NCBI GenBank assembly: GCA_965140705.1
Contig: OZ223300.1
Span: 640,001 to 704,000, forward strand
Reading direction: 5' to 3'
DNA from: an uncultured Arcobacter sp.
GTDB lineage: Bacteria > Campylobacterota > Campylobacteria > Campylobacterales > Arcobacteraceae
DNA length: 64,000 bases
Position numbers and translations under genes: made by a program. Of this stretch, positions 61,648 through 64,000 are shown piece after piece. Under the pieces are notes generated by a model. It had not been told where the DNA came from. It saw nothing but the letters and a program-made list of their open reading frames with translations, and made no database searches. Within the stretch, counting starts at the first letter, position 1. Each line of letters starts with the position of its first letter.

Positions 61648-61794
61648 GAAACGTAGTTTCTAAACATCATCTTTTGCAATAACTCTGCGTTGGAGAGAAA
61701 TTTTAAATGCTCACGTACTAAGATGTACGCTCCGCTTTAAAATTCCTCTCCGCCTTGATTTCTCACAAAATCTAATATTTATAAACTACGTTTC
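61648..61794. repeat. 147-bp palindromic (REP/MITE-like) element starting directly after the secF stop codon
   Basis: Terminal inverted repeat GAAACGTAGTTT(C/A)TAAA; inner TGCGTTG-GAGAGAAATTTTAAA-T-GCTCACGTAC-loop-GTACGCTCCGC-TTTAAAATTCCTCTC-CGCCTTG. Confidence 0.7.
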
Positions 61795-61862
61795 CCTCTA
61801 ATTTACACAAAAAATTTTATTCTCAATATTTACAAATAAAAGTTTCAAGCTTCTTAAAATGT

Positions 61863-62042
61863 GAGCATTTTCAAAATCGCGTGAAGAAAAATCTATATAA
61901 ATTCGTAAAGAAATTACAATTGTTTGAGACGGAGGTACGGAGTCGAGTTTTGTAATTTTAGAATTTCTATATATTTTTTAGCTATTTTGGAACCTGTGAA
62001 CGCTTTTCTTTTGCGAACTTTTCTTTATAAAAAGAAAAGTGG
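61863..62042 (+). repeat. Structured repeat element, copy C (diverged relative of copies A and B)
   Basis: TTCGTAAAG..AA-TTGTTTGAG[short hairpin]GAGTTTTGTA core inside a long hairpin, then a TTTTGCGAACTTTTCTTT-loop-AAAGAAAAGT 3' hairpin. Confidence 0.6.
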
Positions 62043-62099
62043 AAAGTATCAAGAATAGAAATGTATAATATAACTCAAAAATAACTAAAAGAAATAATT

Positions 62100-63392
62100 A
62101 TGTCTGAAACTAAAAAATATATTTGTAAATGTGAGAGTTGTAAAAGAGAATTTGATGAAGAAGAATACAAATTAACTAATGATGAAAATAAGTGTATTTT
62201 GCATTGTAAAAAAGATGATTGGTATAAAAAATTTGATGAAAAATCAGAATATTACAAAATTTTAAAGAACTTAACCCCTTTTATAAAACATAATTGGTCT
62301 TCATCAGGTGATAAAATTGATTTTTTCTGGACAGAATTAAATAATATAGTAAAAAAGAATACCCTAGAAAATTCTAAATGTGATTTTAATTCTGTAATTT
62401 TCCCTGCAATGGGTGTTGGTAATTGCGAAAAATTAGCTCCAATTGAAATAAATAATTTAAGTTTAATAGAATGTACTTTTCATGATTATATTGATTTAAG
62501 TGATTTTTTTAGTGCAAAAAATTTAGAAATTAATGGGTGTACTTTTTATGAAGATATTGATATTAAGAATAAAATCTGTAAAGAGCAGTTTTTCTTTCAA
62601 AATAATAAAGTATTAAAAAATATAAAATTATTTAATATGGAATTTCAAGGTACATCTTCATTTATTTTAAATAAATTCAAGAAAGAGTTAACTTTTGATG
62701 GTGTAAGATTTAATGATTGTACTATGTTTAATAATAGTGAAATTGGGAATTTATTTTTTAGAAATACATTTTTTAGAAAAGAATCAAATTTTTTAGATAT
62801 AGAATTATCCAATGTAGGAAGTCGAGAAACTACAAGAATAATAAAAAATTCTTTTGAACAACAAAACAATATTATTGAGGCGAATAAATTTTATGCTTTA
62901 GAAATGAAAGAACGGGAAAAAGAATTAGAGTTTAATAAGGAACCATTTGAATGGTTAGTATTTAAAATTCATGCTTGGAGTTCTAATCATTCACAAGATT
63001 GGTTATTAGCTTTATATTGGATTTTAACATTAGGTTTTGCTTTTTCTCTTTTTAATTTTTATACTTTACAAGTTGAGAATAAGTTTATTCACTTTGAGTT
63101 AAGTAAAGTTATTGGGTTATTTTGTTTAGTATCCGTAGGAATATTTGTTGATAATATTTGTAAAAAAAAGGATGAAATAAAATCAATATTTTTGCTTTTT
63201 TATTTTTATTTGCTCTATACCTATGAAACATCAGATGAGTTTTTAACATTTTTTGCAAATACTATAAATCCATTTTCTATAATGACAGGTAAAGATGAAC
63301 TTACTTTTGGTACATTAATCTTCAAAATTATAATCGCATATCTAATCTACCAACTTATTATTTCAATAAGACAAAATACAAGACGGAAGTGA
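62100..63392 (+). CDS. Hypothetical protein: Cys-rich N-terminus, pentapeptide-repeat-like middle, C-terminal multi-TM domain
   Basis: CKCESC..CILHC; periodic CTF/EF/RF..F strands; RETTRIIK..ANKFYALEM helix; about 4-5 TM segments. Confidence 0.6.
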   Translation: MSETKKYICKCESCKREFDEEEYKLTNDENKCILHCKKDDWYKKFDEKSEYYKILKNLTPFIKHNWSSSGDKIDFFWTELNNIVKKNTLENSKCDFNSVIFPAMGVGNCEKLAPIEINNLSLIECTFHDYIDLSDFFSAKNLEINGCTFYEDIDIKNKICKEQFFFQNNKVLKNIKLFNMEFQGTSSFILNKFKKELTFDGVRFNDCTMFNNSEIGNLFFRNTFFRKESNFLDIELSNVGSRETTRIIKNSFEQQNNIIEANKFYALEMKEREKELEFNKEPFEWLVFKIHAWSSNHSQDWLLALYWILTLGFAFSLFNFYTLQVENKFIHFELSKVIGLFCLVSVGIFVDNICKKKDEIKSIFLLFYFYLLYTYETSDEFLTFFANTINPFSIMTGKDELTFGTLIFKIIIAYLIYQLIISIRQNTRRK

Positions 63393-63507
63393 TTTATAGT
63401 ATTATTTATTAATACAAACTGATAATTTATTTACTATTTTAATATAATATTTAAATATAAGAGTATAGAATATAAGATAAAAAATTTATATTATATTGGG
63501 AAAATAC

Positions 63508-63966
63508 ATGAGCATTAGAACTACTTTTGATAAGATAACTTCGAACAACTCTGAGAGTTGGAGTTTAGCGTTATTTTGGATAGTTATATTCGAAATACTT
63601 GCAACTATGATTGAATACTCTTTTGTACATCAAACACCAGATATTATGATGCATATTCCAGATGGAATTTATTCTGAGATAATTATTGGATTGATAGTTA
63701 CTGTATATATTTGGTTGTGTATGTATAATCTTGTATTTTGGGATAAGACATCTATTTTATATCTTATTTTATTTGGATTTATTGGAATTTATTTGATTAC
63801 TACCCATGATTTTGTTTTTGATTTATTTATAAAAAACATAAATATATTTAGATTGATTCAAAGTGATACGGGAATAAATTTGATTATTCAATTATTTTTC
63901 AAAATAATAATTTTCTATTTGATATACCAACTCATCAAATCTCTTCGAGCTACTAAAACTTTATAA
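63508..63966 (+). CDS. Hypothetical membrane protein resembling the C-terminal domain of 62100..63392
   Basis: SNNSESWSLALFWI vs SNHSQDWLLALYWI; FFKIIIFYLIYQLIKSLR vs IFKIIIAYLIYQLIISIR; ATG at 63508 (track TTG at 63496). Confidence 0.65.
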   Translation: MSIRTTFDKITSNNSESWSLALFWIVIFEILATMIEYSFVHQTPDIMMHIPDGIYSEIIIGLIVTVYIWLCMYNLVFWDKTSILYLILFGFIGIYLITTHDFVFDLFIKNINIFRLIQSDTGINLIIQLFFKIIIFYLIYQLIKSLRATKTL

Positions 63967-63967
63967 A

Positions 63968-63994
63968 TTATAGTTCTAATTTTTAGAACTATAA
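63968..63994. terminator. Hairpin terminator
   Basis: TTATAGTTCTAA-TTT-TTAGAACTATAA, a perfect 12-bp stem. Confidence 0.65.
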
Positions 63995-64000
63995 AAGAGC

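Overview
AT-rich bacterial chromosome segment, most likely Campylobacterota (Arcobacteraceae-like). The lineage is inferred from the HsrA/CosR regulator with an adjacent kinase, the PEB4-type PPIase-fbaA pair, and the DUF2018-ispB-hemA-proS and lnt/yajC-secD-secF gene orders. The left ~37.3 kb, which continues past the left edge, is a large aromatic-catabolism island. It contains a full protocatechuate 4,5-cleavage operon (ligU-I-K-J-A-B-C); funnels for hydroxycinnamates (ADP-forming CoA ligase, hydroxycinnamoyl-CoA hydratase/lyase, vanillin-type aldehyde dehydrogenase, acyl-CoA dehydrogenase), vanillate (vanA, no vanB in the window), 4-hydroxybenzoate (pobA) and 3-hydroxybenzoate (mobA); and two modules of unknown substrate (HpaB-family monooxygenase plus FMN reductase; TauD/RdpA-like dioxygenase plus class II aldolase-fold protein). 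It also carries four paralogous TRAP binding proteins with only one DctQM pair, a porin, five regulators, a duplicated promoter and shared operator motifs. The right ~26 kb is mostly housekeeping genes plus tRNA-Leu(CAA). The most unusual non-coding signal is a ~180-230 nt structured element in three diverged copies: a back-to-back pair at 21479-22016 showing compensatory stem changes, and one at 61863-62042. Each of the two loci lies next to an orphan accessory gene (a GIY-YIG-like nuclease; a Cys-rich pentapeptide-like membrane protein). All calls come from motif recognition by eye; no searches were run.
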